Source: an uncultured virus (IMG/VR IMGVR_UViG_2791355434_000002) (lineage: Duplodnaviria; Heunggongvirae; Uroviricota; Caudoviricetes). From it: a stretch of 63,857 nt of DNA. The DNA is taken from IMG/VR virus record IMGVR_UViG_2791355434_000002, one strand, 5' to 3'. The position numbers and the translations under genes are program-made. How positions within the stretch are numbered: the first letter of the stretch is position 1; the number at the start of each line of letters is the position of its first letter. Below the pieces are notes generated by a model that saw only the letters and a program-made list of their open reading frames with translations, made no database searches and was not told where the DNA came from. This document shows, in pieces, positions 9,337-18,326 of the stretch.

Positions 9337-9720
9337 TCAGACTCCAGTCCGGTTGTACTCGTCGACTAGGGGGTGTACGGGGTCGGGCTCGATACCGGCG
9401 CGGTGCATTTGTCCGGCCCACCGGTCGACGGTCCAGGCGAATGCCCTGAGAAGTGCCTCGAATCGAGCTTGCCGCCCACGCAGTTGGCCGTTCTCTTCGT
9501 CGACGCGGCGGACGGTGGCTTGGAGAACGGCGAGGTCTTGGGCTTTCGCCTGGGGTTCGACTGTCATTCGGGCGATGGCCTCGTTCGCCCGGGCTGTGGC
9601 TTCGTTGGCGAGTCGGGTGGTTTGTGCGGCGCGGACGGTGGCGCGGGCCACGAAGAACCCTCCGCCTCCGAGCACGCTGCCTGCTGCGCCCACCAGGGCT
9701 GCCGTCTCGGCGATGTTCAC
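9337..9720 (-). CDS. Lysis-cassette membrane protein (1 TM plus coiled coil)
   Basis: GTGA overlap with the upstream gene; VNIAETAALVGAAGSVLGGGGFFVA. Confidence 0.7.
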   Translation of the reverse strand: MNIAETAALVGAAGSVLGGGGFFVARATVRAAQTTRLANEATARANEAIARMTVEPQAKAQDLAVLQATVRRVDEENGQLRGRQARFEALLRAFAWTVDRWAGQMHRAGIEPDPVHPLVDEYNRTGV

Positions 9721-10160
9721 GGGGCCTTGCCTTTCCGGGCGCGGCGCGGTGGTGGGGGGACGGAGTGTTCCGGCACCGTGGCGGCCCACATGATGACCCC
9801 GACGTGCGAGGTGAGGTACCAGAGGGCGACGGTGGCGCCGCGCTCGTATTCGCCGGTGAGGGCGGCGTATCCGTAGGCGAGCGCCCAGACGGAGGGGGGT
9901 GCGAGGGCTGCGAGGAAGCCGAGCCAGTCGCGGCCGATGCGGAGGAACGCGCAGCCGATGCAGGCGAGCCCGGCTGTGATCCAGAGCCAGGCCCATGCGG
10001 CGAGGCTGCACCGGTCGGTGAGGAGGCTGAGCCCGGGGGCGGTGGTGAGGGGGGTGACGATGAAGCCGATGCCCCAGCAGATTTTCCCGGTGCCGAAGAT
10101 GAGGAGGATGTGCCCGCGGCGGCCCAGCCGTTTGCGGAGCCGCCGGGCCGCCTGCCGCAT
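9717..10160 (-). CDS. Lysis-cassette multi-TM membrane protein
   Basis: About 4 hydrophobic segments; TGATG overlap with the holin. Confidence 0.75.
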   Translation of the reverse strand: MRQAARRLRKRLGRRGHILLIFGTGKICWGIGFIVTPLTTAPGLSLLTDRCSLAAWAWLWITAGLACIGCAFLRIGRDWLGFLAALAPPSVWALAYGYAALTGEYERGATVALWYLTSHVGVIMWAATVPEHSVPPPPRRARKGKAP

Positions 10161-10504
10161 CAGCCGGCCGCGGGGGTGGTCGGCTTGGCCGGGGTGACCT
10201 GGCCGCGAGTCATGAGGCCGAGGACGGCGAGGACGACGGCGTTGAGGGCGCCGACGGTTTCGGCGGAAACGTTCATGCCGTAGGCGGCGAGGAGGGCGAC
10301 TGCGGCGGCGACGAGTCCAGTGAACGCGGACGGGGCGATGGGTCGGGTGATGGCGGCGGTGGCTGCGGCAAACACAGCCGAGATGACGGCGACGATGGCT
10401 CCGGCCTGTTCGGCGTCGAGCCCGAACTGGAAGCTGACGAGGAGGGAGAGGGCGGCGGAGATGGTGGCGATGATGAGAGCGGGCTCGCGGCCGAACAGCT
10501 TCAT
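10160..10504 (-). CDS. Putative holin
   Basis: 114 aa, about 4 TM, MKLFGREPALII...RGQVTP; located near the endolysin. Confidence 0.75.
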   Translation of the reverse strand: MKLFGREPALIIATISAALSLLVSFQFGLDAEQAGAIVAVISAVFAAATAAITRPIAPSAFTGLVAAAVALLAAYGMNVSAETVGALNAVVLAVLGLMTRGQVTPAKPTTPAAG

Positions 10505-10519
10505 GGTGGTCTCGTTTCT

Positions 10520-10861
10520 TCAGACGGGCTGCGCGAGGGCGCGGCAACCGATGACGGTTCCGGAGGCGTTGCGGACCTCGCGGTAGGGGACGAGGAGGTC
10601 GTTGCGTCGGTCAGCAAGAGCGAGGGCGACAACGAGGGACACGATGTACTGGTAGCCGTCCTGTTTGGGCGGCAGGTTCTGTGCGTGCCCGAACTCGACC
10701 AGCACGGGCCACATGCCGCTGCTTACTTCGTTCGTTGCGAGCCGGGCCGGAGTCGGCTCAGGCTCGTAGACCTTCATGAGGTGCGCGTCGAGATCGTCGC
10801 TGCCGTCCTCGCGCTCTCCCCAGTACAGCCGGATGGGGTGCGGCGTCAGGTTGAGGATCAT
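10520..10861 (-). CDS. Conserved phage hypothetical protein (NLTPH motif)
   Basis: ATGA overlap with the endolysin stop; MILNLTPHPI...YIVSLVVA...IGCRAL. Confidence 0.7.
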   Translation of the reverse strand: MILNLTPHPIRLYWGEREDGSDDLDAHLMKVYEPEPTPARLATNEVSSGMWPVLVEFGHAQNLPPKQDGYQYIVSLVVALALADRRNDLLVPYREVRNASGTVIGCRALAQPV

Positions 10862-11805
10862 GCCGTCACCGTGAATCCGGCTCGTTTGCCGAGCCGGGTG
10901 AGGGAGTCCTTGCCGGGGATGCCGTCGGCGGCCTTCCCGGTGTAGCCGCCTCCGGCCTTGGATTTCTGCCAGCGGGAGTAGGCGGTGACGGTGGCGGTGC
11001 CGAAGTGCCCGTCGAGGAGAGGCTTGGCGAGGTGCCCGGCGTCGACGAGGGCGGCTTCGACGATGCGAACTGCGGGGTAGGTGACGGGGGTGCCCTTGGC
11101 GGCCGGGTTGTGGCGGGCTGCGGCGATGAGCTTGGCCAGGGAGACGACCGGCGCCTTCGGTGGGTTGGGCTTCGCCGGGGCAGCAGGGGCGGGGGCAGGC
11201 GGCTTGGTGGCGGGGGCGAGGCGCTTCCCGATCCGGGCCCGCATGGAGTCCATGGTGAAGCCGCGGGGGTCGATCTTCCCCGGCTGCCATTCGAGGTGTC
11301 CGATGACGGAGCGCTCCGACCAGCCGTGCGCCCGGCAGACGGCCGCTGACGCGCGCTCGATCGCGTCGAGCTGGGCCGAGGGCCAGGAGTCCTTGCCGTC
11401 TCCGAGGTTGACGCACTCAAAGCCGTAGAAGTGCCGGTTGCCGTCGGTGTTCGCCTCGTTGTCGGCGGGGAGGCGCTCGGCTTCGGCGACGACGGCACGG
11501 AGGACGTTGCCGTCTCCGAGTCCGGCGTGGTTGGTGCGCCCGTTTCCGACGAGGTGGACGACTCCGGCTTTGTCGATGACCCCGTGGCAGAGAGGGCCGG
11601 GGAGGGCGCTGTGCCCGTTGTAGCAGAGCTCGACCGAGGACGTGGTGCCGGAAGTGACGGTGTGGTGGATCATCACGCCGTGCACCGGCCCCCAGGGGCC
11701 CTTGTGGTTGCGGTTGTTGGTGCGCCACGACCGATGCTCAATGACGGTGAGGCCTTCGTCGCGGAGGGCTTTGAGGAGTTGGTCGGCTGTGAGTGGTGTG
11801 GCCAT
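10858..11805 (-). CDS. Endolysin, N-acetylmuramoyl-L-alanine amidase with peptidoglycan-binding domain
   Basis: VMIHHT, NHAG, GFEC, IGHLEWQPGKIDP; Pro/Ala linker; DGHFGTAT...ADGIPG. Confidence 0.92.
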   Translation of the reverse strand: MATPLTADQLLKALRDEGLTVIEHRSWRTNNRNHKGPWGPVHGVMIHHTVTSGTTSSVELCYNGHSALPGPLCHGVIDKAGVVHLVGNGRTNHAGLGDGNVLRAVVAEAERLPADNEANTDGNRHFYGFECVNLGDGKDSWPSAQLDAIERASAAVCRAHGWSERSVIGHLEWQPGKIDPRGFTMDSMRARIGKRLAPATKPPAPAPAAPAKPNPPKAPVVSLAKLIAAARHNPAAKGTPVTYPAVRIVEAALVDAGHLAKPLLDGHFGTATVTAYSRWQKSKAGGGYTGKAADGIPGKDSLTRLGKRAGFTVTA

Positions 11806-12016
11806 GGTGTCTCCTGCGGGGTGGCGGGGTGCTGGCCCGCATCGACCGTTGACCTTTGAATCATAGGCTTTCGAATCGCATATGCCTACGATTCCAAGGT
11901 TCAGGGGTTATGCTGACCCCGGGTCGCCGCTTCACCGGTCCACCCAGCGGCGGGCTCCTTCTGGCAAGGGGCGAGCCCGCCGCCACCCTTGCCAACACCC
12001 TTGCCGAGGAGTCTCC
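11806..12016. promoter_or_regulatory. Divergent promoter region (lysis genes versus XRE operon)
   Basis: AT-rich core at 11850-11912 sharing motifs with 32990-33070. Confidence 0.55.
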
Positions 12017-12322
12017 GTGGACCCACAGCCCATTTCCGCCAGCGTCATCAAACGCATCCGACGCTCGCGCGAAGAGCGGGGCTTCTCCGCTCAGACGCTG
12101 GCCGACGCCATAACCGCGAAGGGCTTCAAGCTCTCCAGAGAGACGCTTTCCGGTGCGGAGAATGGCTTCCGAGAGACCATTCCGGTTGACGTTCTGGTTC
12201 TGGCCGCCGAAGTGCTGGGCGTGCCGCCCTCCCGCCTACTCTCTGACGGCGCATGGTGCGGTCACTGCAACGATCAGCCTCCGTCGGGCTTCACTTGCAA
12301 TGCGTGCGGGGTGACGACGTGA
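12017..12322 (+). CDS. XRE HTH regulator with C-terminal CxxC-CxxC finger (paralog A)
   Basis: GAGGAG RBS, GTG start; HTH followed by WCGHC...FTCNACG. Confidence 0.8.
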   Translation: MDPQPISASVIKRIRRSREERGFSAQTLADAITAKGFKLSRETLSGAENGFRETIPVDVLVLAAEVLGVPPSRLLSDGAWCGHCNDQPPSGFTCNACGVTT

Positions 12323-12648
12323 GCGCCGCGAAGGGACGTAAGGCCATCATCGTGGGTTCGACCGGGGATCAGGTGCGCGCGAACCTCTTGCGGCTTCGCA
12401 CAGTTCGCCGCCTGTCGACGGTCAAGCTGTCGGCCAAGCTGAGAGAGGCGGGCCGACCGATTCCGCCGTCCGGGATCACTCGCATCGAGAAGGGGGAGCG
12501 GCGGGTTGATGTAGACGATCTTCTTGCGCTGGCTCAGACCCTTCAGGTTCCGTATGCACAACTCATTGAACCTCCGCCGCCTTGCCCGTCGTGCCAGGGT
12601 GCTCCACCCATCGGCTTCTCATGCAACGAGTGCGGGGCAAGCGCATGA
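12319..12648 (+). CDS. XRE HTH regulator with C-terminal zinc finger (paralog B)
   Basis: GTGA overlap; ITRIEKGERRVDVDDLLALA; CPSC...CNECG. Confidence 0.8.
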   Translation: MSAAKGRKAIIVGSTGDQVRANLLRLRTVRRLSTVKLSAKLREAGRPIPPSGITRIEKGERRVDVDDLLALAQTLQVPYAQLIEPPPPCPSCQGAPPIGFSCNECGASA

Positions 12649-12968
12649 GACAGGAAGCGGTAAGCGCCACCGTGGCCGCGCGCCTCCAGGCTGCCCGCAA
12701 GAGCCGGAACATGACAGCACAGGCCCTCGCCGACGCCATCACGGCGAGGGGATACGCCGTATCGCGCACCGTCATCGCCAAGGTCGAGGGCGGCATTCGC
12801 GAGACGATCCCCGTAGACCTAGTCGTGCACGCAGCGCAGGTTCTTCACGTACCGGTGCTGCGCCTGCTCACGGACGGCCCTTGGTGCGCCTGCTGCAACG
12901 ACACGCCACCCGGCGGCTTCTCGTGCCTCGCCTGCGGGGCAACCGCTGAAGGAGGAGCGGATGCCTGA
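12645..12968 (+). CDS. XRE HTH regulator with C-terminal zinc finger (paralog A')
   Basis: ATGA overlap; AQALADAIT...RETIPVD; WCACC...CLACG. Confidence 0.8.
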   Translation: MRQEAVSATVAARLQAARKSRNMTAQALADAITARGYAVSRTVIAKVEGGIRETIPVDLVVHAAQVLHVPVLRLLTDGPWCACCNDTPPGGFSCLACGATAEGGADA

Positions 12969-13983
12969 GCCCATCGTTGGCCCCACGGGGCTGCTCGTCG
13001 CCAGCAACGTCCGACACCTCCGCGAAGCCCAGCGCTTCACCAAGCGGGCCCTCTCCGACAAGGTGGGCGAGCTAGGCACACCCATACCTCCGCTAGGGAT
13101 CGCCCGGATCGAGGCAGGCACTCGGCGCGTCGACGTCGACGACCTACTCGCGCTCGGCCGCGCCCTTGGCGTCCACGGCGCGGAACTCCTGCGCGAACCT
13201 GAGACGACCTGCACCAACCGTCAAGGCCTACGCATGGACGCCGTGAACGACGACTCGGCAGATGACCGCCTCAAGAAGCTCGGCGAGCGGAGGAAGGCCC
13301 TGGCCCAATCCCTCGCGCAGGCCTTGGGCGCAGAGCCTGCGCCCGGCACGATGCCTGACGCTCCCGAGGCGCAGCCGCTATCCGATGCGGACCTGCTGGC
13401 GTGGGCGGTCGTCCTCACCCACCGGTCAAGGCAGGGACGCGACGGCGGCGGCTTCCTGCTGCTGCCGTACCCGCCTTGCCCCACCTGCACTCAGCCCGTG
13501 CACAGCGCCGAGCAGGTCACCCTCGTCGACCGCATGACGGACGACATTCGACTCACGGTGCAGCCCTGCGGCCACGGTCACACCGCCAGTGAAGGACGTG
13601 TGCACCGGCTCTGGTCGGACATCCACGAGATGGTGGCCGACGTCTCCGACAGCTATGACGGGCGCGCTGGCCGGGACCGCAAGTGGACCACCGAGGGCAT
13701 CGTTCACGAAGCCCAGGCCCGCACGGCGAGAGGAGAGGGCGCTCCGGAGCCCCAATCCGACGCCGCGCAGGTTCGCCCCGACCCCCGTCAGCCCGCCTAC
13801 GACGCGGTGTACGAGAACATCCGCAGCCTCGGGGAGTACCTGCCGCCGGACACCGCCCACCGCAACGCGATCATCTGGCGGGCCGTGCAGGCGGCGCTCG
13901 ACGCCACCCCGGTCGGACGGTGCATGTCCTCCCACTGCGTCGAAGGCGACCACTTCATCGGCCTCGGAGGCTCTAATGCATGA
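12961..13983 (+). CDS. XRE HTH (paralog B') fused to a long unknown region
   Basis: IARIEAGTRRVDVDDLLALG at the N-terminus; CPTC and PCGH further on. Confidence 0.75.
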   Translation: MPEPIVGPTGLLVASNVRHLREAQRFTKRALSDKVGELGTPIPPLGIARIEAGTRRVDVDDLLALGRALGVHGAELLREPETTCTNRQGLRMDAVNDDSADDRLKKLGERRKALAQSLAQALGAEPAPGTMPDAPEAQPLSDADLLAWAVVLTHRSRQGRDGGGFLLLPYPPCPTCTQPVHSAEQVTLVDRMTDDIRLTVQPCGHGHTASEGRVHRLWSDIHEMVADVSDSYDGRAGRDRKWTTEGIVHEAQARTARGEGAPEPQSDAAQVRPDPRQPAYDAVYENIRSLGEYLPPDTAHRNAIIWRAVQAALDATPVGRCMSSHCVEGDHFIGLGGSNA

Positions 13984-14590
13984 CGTTCAGGACCCCTCCG
14001 CCCAGCTATCCGACGCTGTGGCCCTCAGTGCGGGGCTCTCCCGGATCCGCGACCAACTGGCCGTCATCGCCTCTCTACGCCCCACCCCGGAGCAGCTCGC
14101 CAACGACCACTCCGCCGATGTGGCCACGGCAAGGCGCATCCACCAGGCCCGCCCCGGGGTGCCCGTCCACCACGTGCTCGCCGTCCTGGAAGTTCTCCGG
14201 GCGATGGGCGAGATGGACGACAGCGTCCCCGTCCCGCTGAAGGCGTTCGATCGTCTGGTGCGGGTGGCGATGTGGGTGTCCCGTGGCCAAGCCATGGCGC
14301 ACGTACCCGACCCGCAGATCAGCGACAGCTACCCCGACGCCGCCGCACGGTTCGCCCTCGGGGCGCTCGACGACGCCGGGCTCCTCAACGCCTACCGGGA
14401 GAAGGCCTCCGGTCGCCCCACCCACCAGGACGGCACGCCCTACCGCTACCACGAGATCGTCGCCGAAGGCTGGGGACACTGCGACGGCTGCCGCACCTGG
14501 GGTCAAGGGTGGACCGCCGAGAACCCGCACGAATGCCCCGGTACCTACGTGAAGGAGCCGAGCACCGAGGAGGCGCCCCATGAGCCCTAA
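13976..14590 (+). CDS. Phage hypothetical protein
   Basis: GGAGG RBS; overlaps neighbouring genes; C-terminal HCDGC...HEC. Confidence 0.65.
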   Translation: MHDVQDPSAQLSDAVALSAGLSRIRDQLAVIASLRPTPEQLANDHSADVATARRIHQARPGVPVHHVLAVLEVLRAMGEMDDSVPVPLKAFDRLVRVAMWVSRGQAMAHVPDPQISDSYPDAAARFALGALDDAGLLNAYREKASGRPTHQDGTPYRYHEIVAEGWGHCDGCRTWGQGWTAENPHECPGTYVKEPSTEEAPHEP

Positions 14591-14972
14591 GAAGCTGCAC
14601 CTGGCTGACCTCCGGCGCGTCTCGGACGACGACCCCGACTTCGACTACGAGAAGGTGACCTTCGACGTCACACCCGGCCTCCAGGACTGGATCAGCGGGC
14701 TGCTCGACACGGCACAGGCCGCCGCCGAGATCGGATCAGTAGAGGACCGGTGGTGTGCCGCCCACCGCAAGATCCTTGAAGCCCACCCGTACACCGATGA
14801 AGTCGTCAGTCCCATCTACCGGGCCAAGGGTGCCGACTTCGGGTGCATCACCTGCCACGTCACCGCAGACGAGTACGGCGGCACGGACACCGAAGGGCGC
14901 GGCAACTGCCCCACCATCCTCGCCCTCGCCGAGGGCTACGGACTCGACGACGAGGAGACCGGCGATGCGTGA
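14580..14972 (+). CDS. DUF6221-like phage protein
   Basis: CAAHRKILEAHP...CITCH...CPTILALAEGYG. Confidence 0.7.
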   Translation: MSPKKLHLADLRRVSDDDPDFDYEKVTFDVTPGLQDWISGLLDTAQAAAEIGSVEDRWCAAHRKILEAHPYTDEVVSPIYRAKGADFGCITCHVTADEYGGTDTEGRGNCPTILALAEGYGLDDEETGDA

Positions 14973-15090
14973 CTCCGACAACCTGTGCACCGTCTGGCTG
15001 TTCGGCAAGCCGTACTGGTGGGAGCGGCAGCCCGACGGGCGACTGACCCTTCAGAAAGCAGCGCGGCTCAGCACAGGGAGGAAGCCGTGA
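14965..15090 (+). CDS. Small hypothetical protein (41 aa)
   Basis: GAGGAG RBS; fills the gap between coupled genes. Confidence 0.5.
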   Translation: MRDSDNLCTVWLFGKPYWWERQPDGRLTLQKAARLSTGRKP

Positions 15091-15356
15091 GCGCCGAGTG
15101 GAGCGGTGACGAGTGGGAGCAGGAACGCGACCGTATCCACGACGCCATCTCCGGAGCCCTCCGAGACCTGAGAGGCGACATGCTCGTCGCCAGCGTCGTC
15201 ATTGGAGTCACCGTCAACAACAACGGCGAGAAGCAACTCTCCTGCTGGACCAGCCCCGACCAACGCCAATGGGAAACCGTCGGGCTGCTGGAGTACGTCC
15301 GCATGGACCACGGCGCCTACCTCGCCCAACGACGCATCGCGGAGGACGGCGAATGA
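15087..15356 (+). CDS. Phage hypothetical protein
   Basis: GGGAGG RBS, GTGA overlap. Confidence 0.65.
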   Translation: MSAEWSGDEWEQERDRIHDAISGALRDLRGDMLVASVVIGVTVNNNGEKQLSCWTSPDQRQWETVGLLEYVRMDHGAYLAQRRIAEDGE

Positions 15357-15748
15357 GCAGCACCTACCGTGTCCTGTGCCTGTCCCACGACCCGGCCATC
15401 GTCATCGACCGGGACTTCAACACCCCCGACGATGCCGTGGACGGAGTAGTGAGCCTGGTTACCGAGCACCCCCACTGCGACCTGATGATCGGGCGCTACT
15501 CCTACCCCCTGGTCGAAGTCGCCTGCCTCTCCTACGCCTATCGAGGTGGCGGCCCCGGGTGCAGCCACAAACGCGGGAAGTGGGTGGAAGCCGAGTGGCT
15601 GCGGCTGCTCGTCCTGGCCTACGAGGCGACGGATCCGCGCGTGGTGGAGGCTGCGAAGAAGGGCAGGTTCTCCTGCTGGACACCGGATCGGCTGCACCGA
15701 CTGCGCCCCGAGCTGGGCATCGAAGACGAAGCGAGGGAACGTCCGTGA
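15353..15748 (+). CDS. Phage hypothetical protein
   Basis: ATGA overlap; MSSTYRVLCLSHDPA...HPHCDL...YSYPLVEVAC. Confidence 0.7.
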   Translation: MSSTYRVLCLSHDPAIVIDRDFNTPDDAVDGVVSLVTEHPHCDLMIGRYSYPLVEVACLSYAYRGGGPGCSHKRGKWVEAEWLRLLVLAYEATDPRVVEAAKKGRFSCWTPDRLHRLRPELGIEDEARERP

Positions 15749-16071
15749 GCTACCCCTTGGGCGACCCCATCCAGTCGGCCATCCGCTGCCCCAAGGACTG
15801 CGGGCGTCTCCTGATCAACGGGCAGGCGCGCGGGTGCACCTGGCGCGCCGAGCCCGACCCGGACCCGCTCGTCGGCAGACTCGTTGCCTTCACAGACCAG
15901 GGCACCGGCAGAGTCCTCGCAGCAGGCAAGGTCACCGGCGTGGACCGCGCCGACGACGGCATGACGCTGACCGTTGTGCAGCACGAGGATGCCCCGATGC
16001 CTCCGGCCCCAAGAACCCACGCCGACCCGGGAGCGCTCCCCGACGGCATGAACTGGAGGGACCACCTGTGA
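15745..16071 (+). CDS. Phage hypothetical protein
   Basis: GTGA overlaps at both ends. Confidence 0.6.
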   Translation: MSYPLGDPIQSAIRCPKDCGRLLINGQARGCTWRAEPDPDPLVGRLVAFTDQGTGRVLAAGKVTGVDRADDGMTLTVVQHEDAPMPPAPRTHADPGALPDGMNWRDHL

Positions 16072-16457
16072 CGGGCCTTGGGATCCTCCTCGCCCACCTG
16101 GCCGGGGACTACCTGCTCCAGTCCCACTGGATGGCCACGGAGAAATCGAAGCGGTGGTGGCCAGCCTGGGCCCACGCCCTCACCTACGGGCTACCGTTCC
16201 TGCTCATCACCCAGTCGCCCGCCGCGCTCGCCGTCATCGTCGGCACCCACGCCGTCATCGACCGGTATCGGCTCGCACGTCACCTCGTCTGGGCGAAGAA
16301 CCAGATCGCGCCCCGACGCTTCCGGCAGCCTTGGGCCGAGTGCTCGGCCACGGGGTACCCGGCGGAGACGCCGCCGTGGCTGGCCGTCTGGCTGATGATC
16401 ATTGCCGACAATGCCCTGCACCTGCTCATCAACGCGGCGGCCGTCACCTGGCTCTAG
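16068..16457 (+). CDS. DUF3307-family membrane protein
   Basis: LLAHLAGDYLLQ...HALTY...THAVID...ADNALH. Confidence 0.85.
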   Translation: MTGLGILLAHLAGDYLLQSHWMATEKSKRWWPAWAHALTYGLPFLLITQSPAALAVIVGTHAVIDRYRLARHLVWAKNQIAPRRFRQPWAECSATGYPAETPPWLAVWLMIIADNALHLLINAAAVTWL

Positions 16458-16522
16458 CCCACGAAGCCCACGACCACGCCGAGGCGCTGCCCGTGCTCCT
16501 GCCGGAACCGGCGCCCCCGGGA

Positions 16523-18301
16523 TCACAGCTGCGTCACCACCAAGTTCCGCCAGTACGGGCGCGTCGCCACATCCGTGATCGACCCGTTCGACAAGCCGAA
16601 ATACCCACCCCGGTACGTCGTATCCGCCAACGCGCCCGTCGTCCACCCCGTACCGTCCGTCCGCCGCACCTCCACCGTCGTCGGCGTCACATCCACCTGG
16701 AAGGACATCACCCCGTCAGCCGTCGGGGCCGTCGTCGCGATCGCTGAGCCCATCGTGGTGCCCGACGTCACCCCAGCCGTGTGCTTGTTCAGCTGCATCT
16801 GGCCGTTCGCCCGCATCACCAGGTGATAGCCACCCGTCGCGTTCGACTGGGAGAACCGGTACGGATCGTCGCTCTGCTTCCCGAAGTAGATGCCGCTGTG
16901 CAGGGTGCTCGTCCCCGGCAGCACCTTGAACTTCATGTCGAAGCTGAGCCGGTACCCGCCCGCACCAGCAGCCACCGGGCAGTACGTACCCAGACCCACC
17001 GACTGGAACGGCACCGCCGGGATACTCACCCAGCCAACGTCCGGCGACGGAGCAAACTGCAGCGCGTAGTCCGGGTCATAGTCGATCGTCGGCGTGCACC
17101 CCGGCTCCTTGATCTGCAAATCCCACCGGGACGCCGTCCGCATCGGAGCCGACGTCGACACATACCGAGGATCCGACGCCATGATCCCAACCACGCCCAG
17201 CCCCGTCAGGCGAGCAACCTGCGAGCGGCGGTACACCGCCCACGCGAACACCGGCTTCCCACGGGCAACCACCTGGGAGATCCGAGTGTCAGTGAACGTC
17301 GTGTTCACACCCCAGTAGTCGACATCGGCATCCTTCGCGTCCATCGTCGCGTCCGAGGTGCCCGAGTCCAGATACACCCACGTGCGGTACCCCCTGGCCT
17401 TCGCCCACGGCAGCGACAGGGTGCCGATGTGGCACTTCCAGATCACGCTGCGCGGGGCATGTGGGTACGAGGCGTCCAGTAGCTGCTGGCACGGCACCAC
17501 CGCATCGTTGGCCTTCGGCTCCAGCAGGATCGGCACCTTGCCCAGGAACTCGTCCAGCACCTGCCGAAGCGGCACCAGCCGCTGCTCCGCCCAGCCGGCC
17601 CCGAGCAGCGACCGGGAGTTCGTCTGGATCTGCTGCCCGACCTCCTCCGTCGTGTACCCGTTCAGGTTCCCCGTCCGATCCGTTGTCCGGTCCACCGTCG
17701 GGTCATGCAAGCACCACAACTGGCCGGACGCATCCACGTTCACAGAGATCTCCAGCGGGTACCGCATCGCGGCAGCAGCCCGGTAGGCGACCAGAGTGTG
17801 CTCCGGCCGGACCATGCCACCACCCCGGTGAGCGAAATACACCGGGGCCACCGGGGTCGCGACGCTGATGATGCTGTCGACCGTGGTGATGGCATTCGGC
17901 AGGTACAAGGCGGCGGCGCTGCCAGCAGCCGCAGAGATAGCAGACGCCTCCGCCATCGCGGCTTTCGCAGACGCATCGTCAGCAGCCGCCGCCGCCACCC
18001 CCGCCACCCGGGCGGACACGATCGCAGCAATGTCCGAGGCGACCATGGCGTACCGGCGGCCGAGACCGAAATCCACGTACACCGTGGTCACATCATCCGG
18101 CCCGTAGAACGCCACGGACCCGTCCGACGCCGCCACAACAACAGTGATCGGGAGGCCGCTGGTGTCGGTCAGGTCCGTCAGCTGGGTGCCGCCCGTCACC
18201 GCATCCCACACAGTGCCGGACACCCCGGGCCGGAGCAGGAGCTGGTTGCCGACCTGCTCCATGGCGTAATCGCTCGTCGTACCGCCGAACATGTGCCTCA
18301 C
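16523..18301 (-). CDS. Tail fibre/spike with glycerophosphodiester phosphodiesterase (GDPD) domain and C-terminal lectin-like domain
   Basis: FAHRGG...PEHTLVAY, LHDPTVDRTT, FAWAV, GIMASDP; last gene of the tail operon. Confidence 0.85.
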   Translation of the reverse strand: MRHMFGGTTSDYAMEQVGNQLLLRPGVSGTVWDAVTGGTQLTDLTDTSGLPITVVVAASDGSVAFYGPDDVTTVYVDFGLGRRYAMVASDIAAIVSARVAGVAAAAADDASAKAAMAEASAISAAAGSAAALYLPNAITTVDSIISVATPVAPVYFAHRGGGMVRPEHTLVAYRAAAAMRYPLEISVNVDASGQLWCLHDPTVDRTTDRTGNLNGYTTEEVGQQIQTNSRSLLGAGWAEQRLVPLRQVLDEFLGKVPILLEPKANDAVVPCQQLLDASYPHAPRSVIWKCHIGTLSLPWAKARGYRTWVYLDSGTSDATMDAKDADVDYWGVNTTFTDTRISQVVARGKPVFAWAVYRRSQVARLTGLGVVGIMASDPRYVSTSAPMRTASRWDLQIKEPGCTPTIDYDPDYALQFAPSPDVGWVSIPAVPFQSVGLGTYCPVAAGAGGYRLSFDMKFKVLPGTSTLHSGIYFGKQSDDPYRFSQSNATGGYHLVMRANGQMQLNKHTAGVTSGTTMGSAIATTAPTADGVMSFQVDVTPTTVEVRRTDGTGWTTGALADTTYRGGYFGLSNGSITDVATRPYWRNLVVTQL

Positions 18302-18326
18302 AGGGCACCTCCAGGGATGTCGGCCA

